This document shows, one piece after another, positions 22,780 to 31,662 of a DNA stretch of 32,000 bases. Within the stretch, counting starts at the first letter, position 1, and each line of letters opens with the position of its first letter. The notes beneath the pieces are model-generated. The model was not told where the DNA came from, did no database searches, and worked only from the letters and a program-made list of their open reading frames with translations. The DNA comes from Candidatus Saccharimonadota bacterium. GTDB lineage: Bacteria > Patescibacteriota > Saccharimonadia > Saccharimonadales > Saccharimonadaceae. Where the stretch lies: contig CP075337.1 in NCBI GenBank assembly GCA_025349965.1, forward strand, positions 748,699 through 780,698, given 5' to 3'. Made by a program: the position numbers and the translations under genes.

Positions 22780-25187
22780 TATGCAGCCCTCTTTGCAAAA
22801 CCAAAGCCAACTTTTCGCCCGCCACTTGCAGCAGTAATCTTTTCAGCCTTGTTTGACTTTACTGTCGTTTGTTCAGATTGGTGACGTGGCTTCACATGGA
22901 GGTAGTAAGTTGTCTTGAGTCCGCGGCGCCATGCCTCTGAGTAAATGTCTACATACTCATCAATGTCACGCGTCTCAAGATACATATTGCGACTAATCGC
23001 TTGGTCTACCCATTTCTGCGCCCGCGCCGCTACCTCAATAAAGGCGTACGGTGAAAGCTGGAAACTCGTTTTATAAATAGCCTTGATATTGCTTGGGATG
23101 GCATCGATGTTCTGGATATCACCCTGGTTAATGAGTAGTTCATCCTTCACTTCGTCCCAAATACCAAGCCCCTTAAGGTCACGAACAAGATTTGTATTCA
23201 CTTCAAGAAACTTGCCGTTCAACGTTGAACGACTAAAGATCTGAGAGAATTGCGGATCGATGCCAGGAGTGGTGCCGGCAATATGTGCAATGTTTGCGGT
23301 TGGTGCAATTGCCATAAGTGTCGCGTTACGCATCCCCTTCTTCACCTTGCCACGAAGCACATCCCAATCAAGGCGCGTCTTGAGGTTTACCTCAACCTTT
23401 ACGCCACGATCCTTTGTGAGATTCTGGATTGTATCAATTGGAAGAATCCCCTTGCTCCAGCCACTCCCCTTAAATGCAGGGTAGCTTCCGAGTTTCTGGG
23501 CAAGTTCGGCGGACTCATCAATTGCGTAGTAGCTAATATATTCAGTGAGTTGGTCGATAAGATCGTATGCTTCTTCAGATTCGTAACTGTACCCAAGTTT
23601 CTCTACTACATCCATAAAGCCCATAAGCCCAAGGCCGAGTGCACGCGTACTCTTGTTTGCGTTCATTGCCTCCGGAACAGCAAGCTCGGTGATGTCTACA
23701 AGATTATCAAGTTGACGAATAGCGCTCCGTGCACTTTGCTCAAGACGCTTCCAATCCCACGACTTGTCATCATTAAGATGCGCCGAAAGGTTAATACTCA
23801 CAAGGTTACATACAGCAATGTTTTCATTGTCTTGGGGCAATGTAATTTCAGTGCAAAGGTTTGAAAGGTGGATCGTGCCAGTATTATTGTTCAAGGCACG
23901 CACATTGATAGTGTCCTTCCACGTAAGCCATGGGTGACTGGTTGCTTGAAGCTGAATAAGAATCTGACGGAATTGTTGGCGCGCAGTTGTCTTTTCAAAC
24001 TTACGAAGCTTACCCGCTTCGGCCATCTTTACATATTCGTTATACCGCTTACTAAACTCGTCGCCGTAAAGTTCGGTGAGGTCCATAACTTCCGCCGGGT
24101 CAAAGAGATACCAGTCAGCATCCGCCTCAACGCGGCGCATAAATTCATCGCTAATAAAGGTTGCCGTATTTGCAAAACGCGTACGAAGATATGGATCGCC
24201 CGAGTTTGCCTTAAGGTCAAGGAACTGCGGAAAATTAAGATGCCAATTCTCCATATAGAGCGCTGCCGCCCCCGCCTTCTTCCCCTTGCGACTCACCGCA
24301 AAGAGCGCCGTATCAATCATTTTCATAAACGGAATTGGGCCAGTACTTTCAGTGTTCGTTGTTTTAACGGGACTCCCCGCTGCACGTAGTTTGGTAAAGC
24401 CAATACCAATACCACCAGTCCCCTTTGCGATATACATTGTATCGCGAACACTTTTCGCAATTGACGCCATGTCGTCATCAACGTTAATTAAGAAGCAGTT
24501 AGAAAGTTGCGGAAATGCACCACCTGCATTTACGCGAGTTGAGCCGCCCGGAACATAATCAAGACTACTAAGATGCTCGTAGAAATCAAGCGCTGAAGCA
24601 GTCGGATCTTCCGCAAGAAGCGAAAGCCCCATTGCAATACGCATGTGCGTATATTGCGGAACCTCGATTGGATCACCGCTTCCTTTTCGTAGCGCGTATC
24701 GATTTTTATTCGTGATAACCCCGAGATACTTAGAAAGGTCGTCCTTTGTCGGGTCAAGCGCCTTAGCGAGCTTCTTAAGATCAAATCTACCATCTGTCAT
24801 GCGAACATCGAGTAGCCCACTTTTAGTAGCCTCTTTTAGATAGTCTGCGAATTTTACTTCATGAAGTTTTTTCAACTCACTGGCGCTCGTGTAGTCACCA
24901 AGCACATTCTTATAGATAGTCTTTAGAAGAAGTCGCGCGGCAATCTTGTCGTAATCAGGATCATCCTTCACATTCTGAAGTGCAGTTTGGATTACCGCCT
25001 CATCAAGCTGCTCGGAAGTAATACCATCGAAGAGCGTTAGCTGGAGCTGTGACGCAACCTCAACCACTTTTGCGATTTGATCATCAAGCCCTTCACTTGC
25101 CGCAACAAGCGCTAAGTTAATCTTATTGGCATCAAACGGCTCTTTTGTCCCGTCGCGTTTTACAACACTAATTGATGTCATCCCCAT
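22779..25187 (-). CDS. nrdA: Ribonucleotide reductase alpha subunit, class I, with N-terminal ATP-cone
   Basis: ATP-cone VVKRDGTKEPFDANKI. Catalytic motifs QLSNCFL, NLCTEITLP, AVCNLVSINL and TTYYL. 802 aa. Confidence 0.95.
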   Translation of the reverse strand: MGMTSISVVKRDGTKEPFDANKINLALVAASEGLDDQIAKVVEVASQLQLTLFDGITSEQLDEAVIQTALQNVKDDPDYDKIAARLLLKTIYKNVLGDYTSASELKKLHEVKFADYLKEATKSGLLDVRMTDGRFDLKKLAKALDPTKDDLSKYLGVITNKNRYALRKGSGDPIEVPQYTHMRIAMGLSLLAEDPTASALDFYEHLSSLDYVPGGSTRVNAGGAFPQLSNCFLINVDDDMASIAKSVRDTMYIAKGTGGIGIGFTKLRAAGSPVKTTNTESTGPIPFMKMIDTALFAVSRKGKKAGAAALYMENWHLNFPQFLDLKANSGDPYLRTRFANTATFISDEFMRRVEADADWYLFDPAEVMDLTELYGDEFSKRYNEYVKMAEAGKLRKFEKTTARQQFRQILIQLQATSHPWLTWKDTINVRALNNNTGTIHLSNLCTEITLPQDNENIAVCNLVSINLSAHLNDDKSWDWKRLEQSARSAIRQLDNLVDITELAVPEAMNANKSTRALGLGLMGFMDVVEKLGYSYESEEAYDLIDQLTEYISYYAIDESAELAQKLGSYPAFKGSGWSKGILPIDTIQNLTKDRGVKVEVNLKTRLDWDVLRGKVKKGMRNATLMAIAPTANIAHIAGTTPGIDPQFSQIFSRSTLNGKFLEVNTNLVRDLKGLGIWDEVKDELLINQGDIQNIDAIPSNIKAIYKTSFQLSPYAFIEVAARAQKWVDQAISRNMYLETRDIDEYVDIYSEAWRRGLKTTYYLHVKPRHQSEQTTVKSNKAEKITAASGGRKVGFGFAKRAA

Positions 25188-25301
25188 TTCCCCTTTTCTT
25201 TTTACCCCTCACGTTGCGCTTTGGGTGCAAGAATAACCGCCAGGTCTCTCATCTGGTGGCATGCGATTTTCCCAAAAACGCTCTGTGTATTTTTCTGTAC
25301 G

Positions 25302-25355
25302 ACTACATATGTAGTGTCTACGTAGAACTATAGACCCTATATATATGGTTTGCAA
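25302..25355 (-). promoter_or_regulatory. nrdA promoter (TTGCAA-17-TATAGT) with tandem NrdR-box-like palindromes
   Basis: On the minus strand the -35 is at 25350-25355 and the -10 at 25327-25332. Box A, ACCCTATATATATGGT (25334-25349, 13/16 to consensus), fills the spacer. Box B, minus-strand ACACTACATATGTAGT (25302-25317, 12/16), lies just downstream of the -10. The box centres are 32 bp apart. Confidence 0.5.
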
Positions 25356-25483
25356 GGTTTTTGAGCATGTATTTTTAACTACATAGCACTTTTGCTTATT
25401 TTACCCCAGTACACCCCATAGCAAATGCCGTATTTTCTACATCTTTACTAGCTTTCCGCCGGAGTCGTTACTATACTTGGTAT

Positions 25484-26617
25484 ATGAATTACAACGAACA
25501 GGCGCTTGAACTCCACGCAAAACACAAAGGTAAAATAACCACCACGCTCCGCGATACAGGCGTACTTGATAAAGATAAATTGAGCGCCTACTACACTCCG
25601 GGCGTTGCTGAAGTGAGTCGAGTAGTTGCCGCAGATCCAGAGCTTCTCGGTAAGTATACTTGGACAAATAATCTCGTGGCAGTCATTTCTGATGGCTCTG
25701 CCGTACTCGGCCTTGGTGACATTGGTCCACGTGGCTCGATGCCTGTCATGGAAGGAAAGGCACTGCTCTTTAAGCATTTTGCGGATATCGACAGCGTGCC
25801 AATTACCATCGACGTACATACTGAAGATGAAATCGTGCAAACAATTAAGGCAATTGCACCAAGCTTTGGAGCAATTAACCTTGAAGATATTGCAGCGCCA
25901 AAATGTTTCGCTATTGAAGAGCGACTCAAGGCAGAGCTTGATATTCCCGTGTTTCATGATGACCAGCACGGCACGGCAATCGTTGTGCTCGCAGGGCTTT
26001 TGAATGCAGCAAAAGTAACAAATCGCTCACTAACTGACAGTAAGGTTGTGGTAATTGGCGCTGGTGCCGCTGGGACTGCAATCATTAAACTTCTCAACAA
26101 GCACGGCATAACAAATATTGTGGCAGTGGATAGCCGTGGTGCAGTCGGTGATCATCGTGATGATCTTAATGATGAGAAAAAAGCACTCCTTGAATACGTC
26201 GATCGCTCCGCACACGGACTACTTGAAGACGTTATTGTTGACGCCGATATCTTTATTGGTGTCTCAAAACCAGGCCTCCTCACTCAAGACATGGTGCGCA
26301 CTATGAGCAAAGATCCAATCATCTTCGCGCTCTCAAATCCTACACCAGAAATCATGCCCGAAGATGCTAAAGCGGCGGGTGCAGCAGTGATCGCTACGGG
26401 CCGCAGCGATTTTCCAAATCAAGTGAATAACGCACTTGCTTTCCCAGGTATCTTCCGAGGTGCGCTTGATAATGGCGTGAGGAAAATTACAGATGAGCAC
26501 AAACTTGCAGCAGCACAAGTGATTGCATCGCTCGTTGAAACACCGAGTGCAGACACTGTTATTCCGTCTGTATTTGAAGAACGGCTTGTTCCGGCAATTG
26601 CAGCAGTCATCAAGTAA
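25484..26617 (+). CDS. NAD(P)-dependent malic enzyme (short form)
   Basis: YTPGVAEVSRVV, VAVISDGSAVLGLGDIGPRGSMPVMEGKALLFK, IEERL..ELDIPVFHDDQHGTA and VVIGAGAAGTAI. Confidence 0.9.
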   Translation: MNYNEQALELHAKHKGKITTTLRDTGVLDKDKLSAYYTPGVAEVSRVVAADPELLGKYTWTNNLVAVISDGSAVLGLGDIGPRGSMPVMEGKALLFKHFADIDSVPITIDVHTEDEIVQTIKAIAPSFGAINLEDIAAPKCFAIEERLKAELDIPVFHDDQHGTAIVVLAGLLNAAKVTNRSLTDSKVVVIGAGAAGTAIIKLLNKHGITNIVAVDSRGAVGDHRDDLNDEKKALLEYVDRSAHGLLEDVIVDADIFIGVSKPGLLTQDMVRTMSKDPIIFALSNPTPEIMPEDAKAAGAAVIATGRSDFPNQVNNALAFPGIFRGALDNGVRKITDEHKLAAAQVIASLVETPSADTVIPSVFEERLVPAIAAVIK

Positions 26618-26631
26618 AAGTATCGTAATGC

Positions 26632-26659
26632 AAAACCCGCCACAAGTTTGGCGGGTTTT
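26632..26659. terminator. Bidirectional terminator between the malic enzyme gene and tRNA-Ser
   Basis: AAAACCCGCC / GGCGGGTTTT perfect 10-bp stem with an 8-nt loop. Confidence 0.8.
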
Positions 26660-26668
26660 ATAATTTCA

Positions 26669-26758
26669 TGGCGGAGAAGGGGGGATTCGAACCCCCGAGA
26701 GCGTTGCCACCCAACACGCGTTCCAGGCGTGCGCCTTAAACCACTCGGCCACCTCTCC
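26669..26758 (-). tRNA. tRNA-Ser (anticodon GGA), CCA encoded
   Basis: The reverse complement is GGAGAGGTGGCCGAGTGGTTTAAGGCGCACGCCTGGAACGCGTGTTGGGTGGCAACGCTCTCGGGGGTTCGAATCCCCCCTTCTCCGCCA. It folds into a cloverleaf with a 7-bp acceptor stem, anticodon loop CTGGAAC, a long variable arm and a GGGGG/TTCGAAT/CCCCC T-arm. Confidence 0.95.
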
Positions 26759-26824
26759 GTATCTTCTTATTGTATCGCATTTTACACCTCTCCAACTATT
26801 GTGTTTTCCACGTCACTTCTTCCC

Positions 26825-26853
26825 TTGTGATTATCTGAAAAACCTTTCATACT
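26825..26853 (+). promoter_or_regulatory. Promoter of the ABC transporter operon
   Basis: TTGTGA, then a 17-nt spacer, then CATACT. The ATG at 26862 is 8 nt downstream of the -10. Confidence 0.55.
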
Positions 26854-26861
26854 AGGAACAG

Positions 26862-27626
26862 ATGACCGAAAAGACACCACCGCCCGTAATTGAACTGACA
26901 AATCTTAAGAAAAGGTTTGGTATTGGCGATGCCGCGCATTACGCACTAGACGGCGTTGACCTTACGGTAAAAAAGGGCGAATTCATTGCCATTATGGGCC
27001 CGAGTGGCTGTGGCAAGACCACACTTCTTAATATCCTGGGCCTTCTTGATGGACAGGTTGAGGGGAGTTATAAGCTCAACGGCCAGCCACTTGAGTCGTT
27101 GAGTCGACGCAAACAATCTCACATCAGAAGCGAGCAAATCGGCTTTGTATTCCAGAGTTTCAACCTTATCCCCCGCCTTACCGTACTGGAAAATGTCGCA
27201 CTGCCCCTGCTTTATAAAGGCGATTTGAAAATAAAACGACTAAAAAAGGCAAGCAAGATGCTAAAAACCTTCCATCTGGGCGAGCGCGAATTCTACATGC
27301 CTCATCAATTGTCTGGCGGACAAGTCCAGCGTGTTGCTATTGCGAGGGCTCTCGTAAACGAACCATCTATTATTCTTGCCGACGAGCCAACCGGAAATCT
27401 TGACTCAAATGCCAGCCACATCATCATGGAAGAGCTGTCCGAACTGCACAAAAAAGGAAACACGATCATCATGGTGACACACAACCCTTACCTCACCACC
27501 TACGCAAGTCGAGTAATTACAATGCTTGACGGTAAGATTGACACCGACACCTTCCACCTTCCATCAACACCCGCCCCCTATTCAGAAAAAATTCCACTCA
27601 ATAAAACAGAATCGGAGGGTGCGTAA
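26862..27626 (+). CDS. ABC transporter ATP-binding protein (MacB/LolD/FtsE-like)
   Basis: Walker A GPSGCGKTT, Q-loop, signature LSGGQVQRVAIARAL, Walker B ILADEPTGNLD and H-loop VTHN. Confidence 0.9.
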   Translation: MTEKTPPPVIELTNLKKRFGIGDAAHYALDGVDLTVKKGEFIAIMGPSGCGKTTLLNILGLLDGQVEGSYKLNGQPLESLSRRKQSHIRSEQIGFVFQSFNLIPRLTVLENVALPLLYKGDLKIKRLKKASKMLKTFHLGEREFYMPHQLSGGQVQRVAIARALVNEPSIILADEPTGNLDSNASHIIMEELSELHKKGNTIIMVTHNPYLTTYASRVITMLDGKIDTDTFHLPSTPAPYSEKIPLNKTESEGA

Positions 27627-28849
27627 TGCTCTTCCTTAATCACATTGAGAATGCCATTCAATCCATACGTAGCAACCGGCTTCGCAGTATTCTAACTGCC
27701 ATCGGAGTGACAATTGGTATCGCAAGTATCACCGCCATCCTGTCGCTTGGCGTCGGCGCACGGTCAATCATCAGCAAGCAGGTCGATGAACTTGGCGGAA
27801 CAATCGCGGTGGTACGGCCCGGCGTTCCTCAAAACACTATCACGCAAAACATTAATCACCTCTCTGGCTCTCAATATGCAGCGAGCACCCTCACAAAACA
27901 GGACATTTCATCTCTCAAAAAGATTGAACACGTCACCGAGGCCGCACCGCTTATGATACTTCAGGGCGCAGTACGTGGAGACACAACCCCTTCTTCAAAC
28001 GCTAACATTATTGCAACATCGCCATCACTGGAGAAAATAAATCAACTCAAGCTACTTGACGGTCAATTTCTCGACCCCGACCTCATCGAAACAACAGCAG
28101 TAGTTGGACATCAGCTTGCCGTTGATCTTTTTGGTACAGAGCAAGTTATTGGAAAATCGGTCTCCGTACGTGGCCAGAGCTTTACTATCATTGGAGTATT
28201 ACAGCCAACACATGCACCTATTAATTTTAATACCGTCGACCTCGACTCATCCGTATTTATTGGGTTTGAGTCTGGTATTTTGCAAAATCAAGGAACAGCC
28301 CATATTCAACAGATTAATCTTCAGGTTGATTCGGTTAATAACCTTGAGTCTGTCGTCGTTGCCGCCAATAAGACTCTCTTGAAAAATCACTTGAACCAAG
28401 CGGATTTCTCGGTAATGTATGGAGATTCAATCGCACAACCAAATAGCCAGCTCTTCGGAATTATCACCGGCGTTTCGGTTGCAATTGCGGCCATATCACT
28501 CATCGTAGGTGGCGTGGGAATTATGAATATCATGCTCGTAAGTGTTGCCGAAAGAACTCGCGAAATTGGCATTAGAAAAGCCATGGGTGCAACCAACTCA
28601 ACAATTCTCATGCAGTTTATTACGGAATCACTCATACTTAGTACCATTGGCGGTATCGTCGGTTACGGCCTCGGTTACCTACTCGCTTTTGGCGTCAGTC
28701 TCCTGCTCACTTTTGACCCTGCATTCTCTTGGCAGGTTGCAATCGCGGCCCTGCTCGTTTCAGTTGTAACCGGTACCCTGTTTGGCGCCTACCCAGCTAT
28801 TAAAGCTGCTCGCAAAGATCCTATCACGGCCCTACGTCTTTATAATTAA
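27626..28849 (+). CDS. ABC transporter permease, MacB-periplasmic-domain plus FtsX-type
   Basis: 407 aa. N-terminal TM helix, large extracytoplasmic domain and C-terminal FtsX module (ERTREIGIRKAMGAT ... AYPAIKAARKDPITALR). The start is coupled to the upstream stop (TAATG). Confidence 0.9.
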   Translation: MLFLNHIENAIQSIRSNRLRSILTAIGVTIGIASITAILSLGVGARSIISKQVDELGGTIAVVRPGVPQNTITQNINHLSGSQYAASTLTKQDISSLKKIEHVTEAAPLMILQGAVRGDTTPSSNANIIATSPSLEKINQLKLLDGQFLDPDLIETTAVVGHQLAVDLFGTEQVIGKSVSVRGQSFTIIGVLQPTHAPINFNTVDLDSSVFIGFESGILQNQGTAHIQQINLQVDSVNNLESVVVAANKTLLKNHLNQADFSVMYGDSIAQPNSQLFGIITGVSVAIAAISLIVGGVGIMNIMLVSVAERTREIGIRKAMGATNSTILMQFITESLILSTIGGIVGYGLGYLLAFGVSLLLTFDPAFSWQVAIAALLVSVVTGTLFGAYPAIKAARKDPITALRLYN

Positions 28850-28877
28850 AAAGCTCCGCAGCTATGGCGGAGCTTTT
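28849..28877. terminator. Bidirectional terminator between the permease and isomerase genes
   Basis: AAAAGCTCCGC / GCGGAGCTTTT perfect 11-bp stem with a 7-nt loop. Confidence 0.8.
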
Positions 28878-28887
28878 GGTGGTCGAA

Positions 28888-29952
28888 TTAATTCACAGGG
28901 TTTTCGGCAAGTTCTCGTTTAAGATCTTCAATGAGCGCCACAGGCACGGGGTCCACACCATTGAGCACAGCTGCGTATGTACTCGAGAAGTCAGAAAGGA
29001 TTGCCCCCCACAAAAGCTGCGCAAGAAGCGTATCTCCCTTGAGCTGAATAGTTTCAGCGTGTGGACGCTGACCACTCAAAAGACGGTCGCTCACATCAAA
29101 CCGCTGCAGCACCCGTGGGTTCTCAAAGCTACTCTTTACGTCGAATACAGCAAATGGCTTCTCAACCGGATGTGACGTCCACCCCATAAACTCATTGTGG
29201 TTAAACTCAGGAAGCTGATTACAGAATGCAACGTTCTTAGCCGTTTCATTCCAACTAATTTTGAGTTTGTATGCAAGTGGTGCTGTTGTTTCGCCGCCAT
29301 AGAATACTGGAATTTTCCCCGGCGTCTTAAGCGCAATTTGCTTCGCGAGATTTTCTTCAGTTGGAACCTCTGGTCGCCACTGCGCAGACTCAGACTCAAG
29401 CCACTGGCCAAGTGAAGCAACTTCTTGATTCCATTCAGAAGAAATAACACTAAAGTTTTCAAGGAGCGCAAAAAGCGCACGAAGATTATAAAGCGTTGCC
29501 ATACGTGGCTGTACACCGCTTGGCAAAATAACATGCGCAACGCCATCATTCTTTGCAGCATCTATCAGAGCACCGCCCGACGCAAGAACTCCCATCTGCG
29601 CACCACGCTCCTTGGCCTGCGTGAATGTGGCGATTGTTTCTTCAGTATTTCCAGAGTAGCTACTCGCAATCACAAGACTGTTCTCGTTAACATAATTTGG
29701 AAGTGAGTACTCCCTTACAATCTCGATGGGTACGGTTATTTCCTTTGAAAGCAACACCTTGGCAATAAGTGCAGCAAGTGCTGAACCACCCATACCAGCA
29801 ATGACAATATTGGCAATAACCCGCTGATCATGTTCGCCGTTCTGGACTGTAGCGTCAAACTGAGCTTGTTGATACTGACTGGCAACTACCTCAAATCCAC
29901 CGTGTGGATCTTTTTCTTTAATAAGATTCAAATTATCAAGCATGTCTGTCAT
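28888..29952 (-). CDS. Bifunctional phosphoglucose/phosphomannose isomerase (SIS-domain PGI/PMI family)
   Basis: VIAGMGGSALAA, SYSGNTEET and the C-terminal PGI/PMI-type domain. 354 aa. Confidence 0.75.
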   Translation of the reverse strand: MTDMLDNLNLIKEKDPHGGFEVVASQYQQAQFDATVQNGEHDQRVIANIVIAGMGGSALAALIAKVLLSKEITVPIEIVREYSLPNYVNENSLVIASSYSGNTEETIATFTQAKERGAQMGVLASGGALIDAAKNDGVAHVILPSGVQPRMATLYNLRALFALLENFSVISSEWNQEVASLGQWLESESAQWRPEVPTEENLAKQIALKTPGKIPVFYGGETTAPLAYKLKISWNETAKNVAFCNQLPEFNHNEFMGWTSHPVEKPFAVFDVKSSFENPRVLQRFDVSDRLLSGQRPHAETIQLKGDTLLAQLLWGAILSDFSSTYAAVLNGVDPVPVALIEDLKRELAENPVN

Positions 29953-30031
29953 CTGGTATATATTTCCTCTCTTCTGTATCTATGATACAGTATATGTAAG
30001 TAAGTATAAACGGTTTAACTAAGGGTGGGAC

Positions 30032-30547
30032 ATGAACATTACTCCGCAAGATACAACAACTCAACCGATCAGCGATGATCAAGACCTTGCTAAGGCACTT
30101 GCAGGCGTACTCCCTGATGAGCCAGAAGCTCCGGCAGATTCTTCTGCACTCGGCGGACTTCAGTTTGAAGAAACCCCAGGCCTTCCAGTCATTCAACTCC
30201 CTACAGAGGAGCCTACTGTGGCTGAAGCGCCAGCTGTAGTAGCCCCAGAACCTGAAATTACACCAGAAGAAGAGGTTACGCCTGTTCTCGACACCCCGCC
30301 ATCAGGACTTGATACTATCAAGAACAAGGCACTCGATGAACTACGCCCACTGATTGACCGAGCAACACTTCCTGCAGAAGAGAAATTTGATACATATCTT
30401 ATGCTCATCCGTAGTACCGATGACGCATCACTCATCGAACCAGCTCACGAAGCTGCTCAGTCAATTTCCGACGAGACACGCAAAGCAGAGGCGCTCATCG
30501 ATATCATCAAAGAAATTGACTACTTATCTAAGAAATCAGCTCAATAA
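30032..30547 (+). CDS. Hypothetical acidic Pro/Glu-rich protein
   Basis: AAGGGTGGG RBS. The roughly 90-aa N-terminus is low-complexity and rich in P/E/T/A. The C-terminal half looks helical. A strong terminator follows. Confidence 0.55.
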   Translation: MNITPQDTTTQPISDDQDLAKALAGVLPDEPEAPADSSALGGLQFEETPGLPVIQLPTEEPTVAEAPAVVAPEPEITPEEEVTPVLDTPPSGLDTIKNKALDELRPLIDRATLPAEEKFDTYLMLIRSTDDASLIEPAHEAAQSISDETRKAEALIDIIKEIDYLSKKSAQ

Positions 30548-30554
30548 CACCACT

Positions 30555-30583
30555 AAAACACCTTCGGAACACGAAGGTGTTTT
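30555..30583 (+). terminator. Intrinsic terminator
   Basis: AAAACACCTTCG / CGAAGGTGTTTT perfect 12-bp stem with loop GAACA. Confidence 0.85.
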
Positions 30584-30606
30584 CAATATGGGGTACAATA
30601 GTATAT

Positions 30607-31641
30607 ATGACTGCACGATTTGCAACATCAGAAGAAATAAACAATTGGAACAATCTTGTCAGCGACAGTGCCGGTGCAGATACAGTATTCTCAACTAAAG
30701 AGTATGCCGAAATTAAGCAACTTACTCGTTATACACCTCGTTACGTTATAGTAGACGACCTAGCAGTACTCGTTCTCGAAAAGCGCGCTTGGCCATTTGG
30801 TTCGCTCTGGTATCTTCCAAAGGGGCCAAATGTTACTTCTGTTGAGGAGTTTCAATCTGTCATGGCTGGTCTTGAGCAACTCGCCAAAAAAAGCAACGTA
30901 TTCTTCATTCGAGCTGAAAGTGAGCTCCCCCTTGCAGACGCCCCGAAGCTTGAAGCACTTGGCTATCAAAAAGCCTCCCCTATTATTCCGAGTCAATCAA
31001 CAATCACACTCGACCTCACCCCGGTGTTAGATGATATCATCGCCACACTCCCGCAAAAAGGTCGGTATGCAATTCGGCGCGCCGAACGTGACGGCGTCAC
31101 CGTCAAGCAAGTCCCCACTACTGATGAAAACTGCAAAAAAATGTATAACCTTCTGCAAGGAACAGCCGAGGGTCAGTTTGGAATACGAAGCTACGTATAT
31201 TATCAAGCTTACTGGAAAACGTTCGCCGACGCACACATAGGACAACTCTTCTTCGCCTATGTCGACAATAAGGTCGTGGCGGGTGCATTTGCGCTTTACT
31301 TCAATCATAAGAGTACGTATAAAGACGGCGCTTCAATCCGTGAGCGCACCGCCTATGGCGCGAGTCATCTCCTTCAATGGCATGTGATTCAGTGGGCAAA
31401 GGAGCGCGGTGCTACACTCCACGACTTCTGCGGATCACCACCAAGCAGCGAGATTCATAACGAAGCACATCCACACTATAAAATTGGCCTCTTTAAAACT
31501 TCATTCAATAAAACAGTAACCGACTATATTGGTTGTTATGACGGTGTGGTGTCAAAAACACGCTACGCCATCTGGAGTAAAATTGGTGAACGAGTCCATA
31601 AAAAGCTATACTTCCAGAAAACCCACGACTATTACTACTAA
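30607..31641 (+). CDS. FemAB-family peptidoglycan interpeptide-bridge aminoacyltransferase
   Basis: GRYAIRRAERDGVTVK, FFAYVDNKVVAGAFALYFNHKSTYKDGAS and GASHLLQWHVIQWAKERGATLHDFCG fit PF02388. The track's GTG start at 30577 lies inside the upstream terminator, so ATG 30607 is preferred. Confidence 0.8.
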   Translation: MTARFATSEEINNWNNLVSDSAGADTVFSTKEYAEIKQLTRYTPRYVIVDDLAVLVLEKRAWPFGSLWYLPKGPNVTSVEEFQSVMAGLEQLAKKSNVFFIRAESELPLADAPKLEALGYQKASPIIPSQSTITLDLTPVLDDIIATLPQKGRYAIRRAERDGVTVKQVPTTDENCKKMYNLLQGTAEGQFGIRSYVYYQAYWKTFADAHIGQLFFAYVDNKVVAGAFALYFNHKSTYKDGASIRERTAYGASHLLQWHVIQWAKERGATLHDFCGSPPSSEIHNEAHPHYKIGLFKTSFNKTVTDYIGCYDGVVSKTRYAIWSKIGERVHKKLYFQKTHDYYY

Positions 31642-31662
31642 ATTCACGAAAGACCTTACCCT

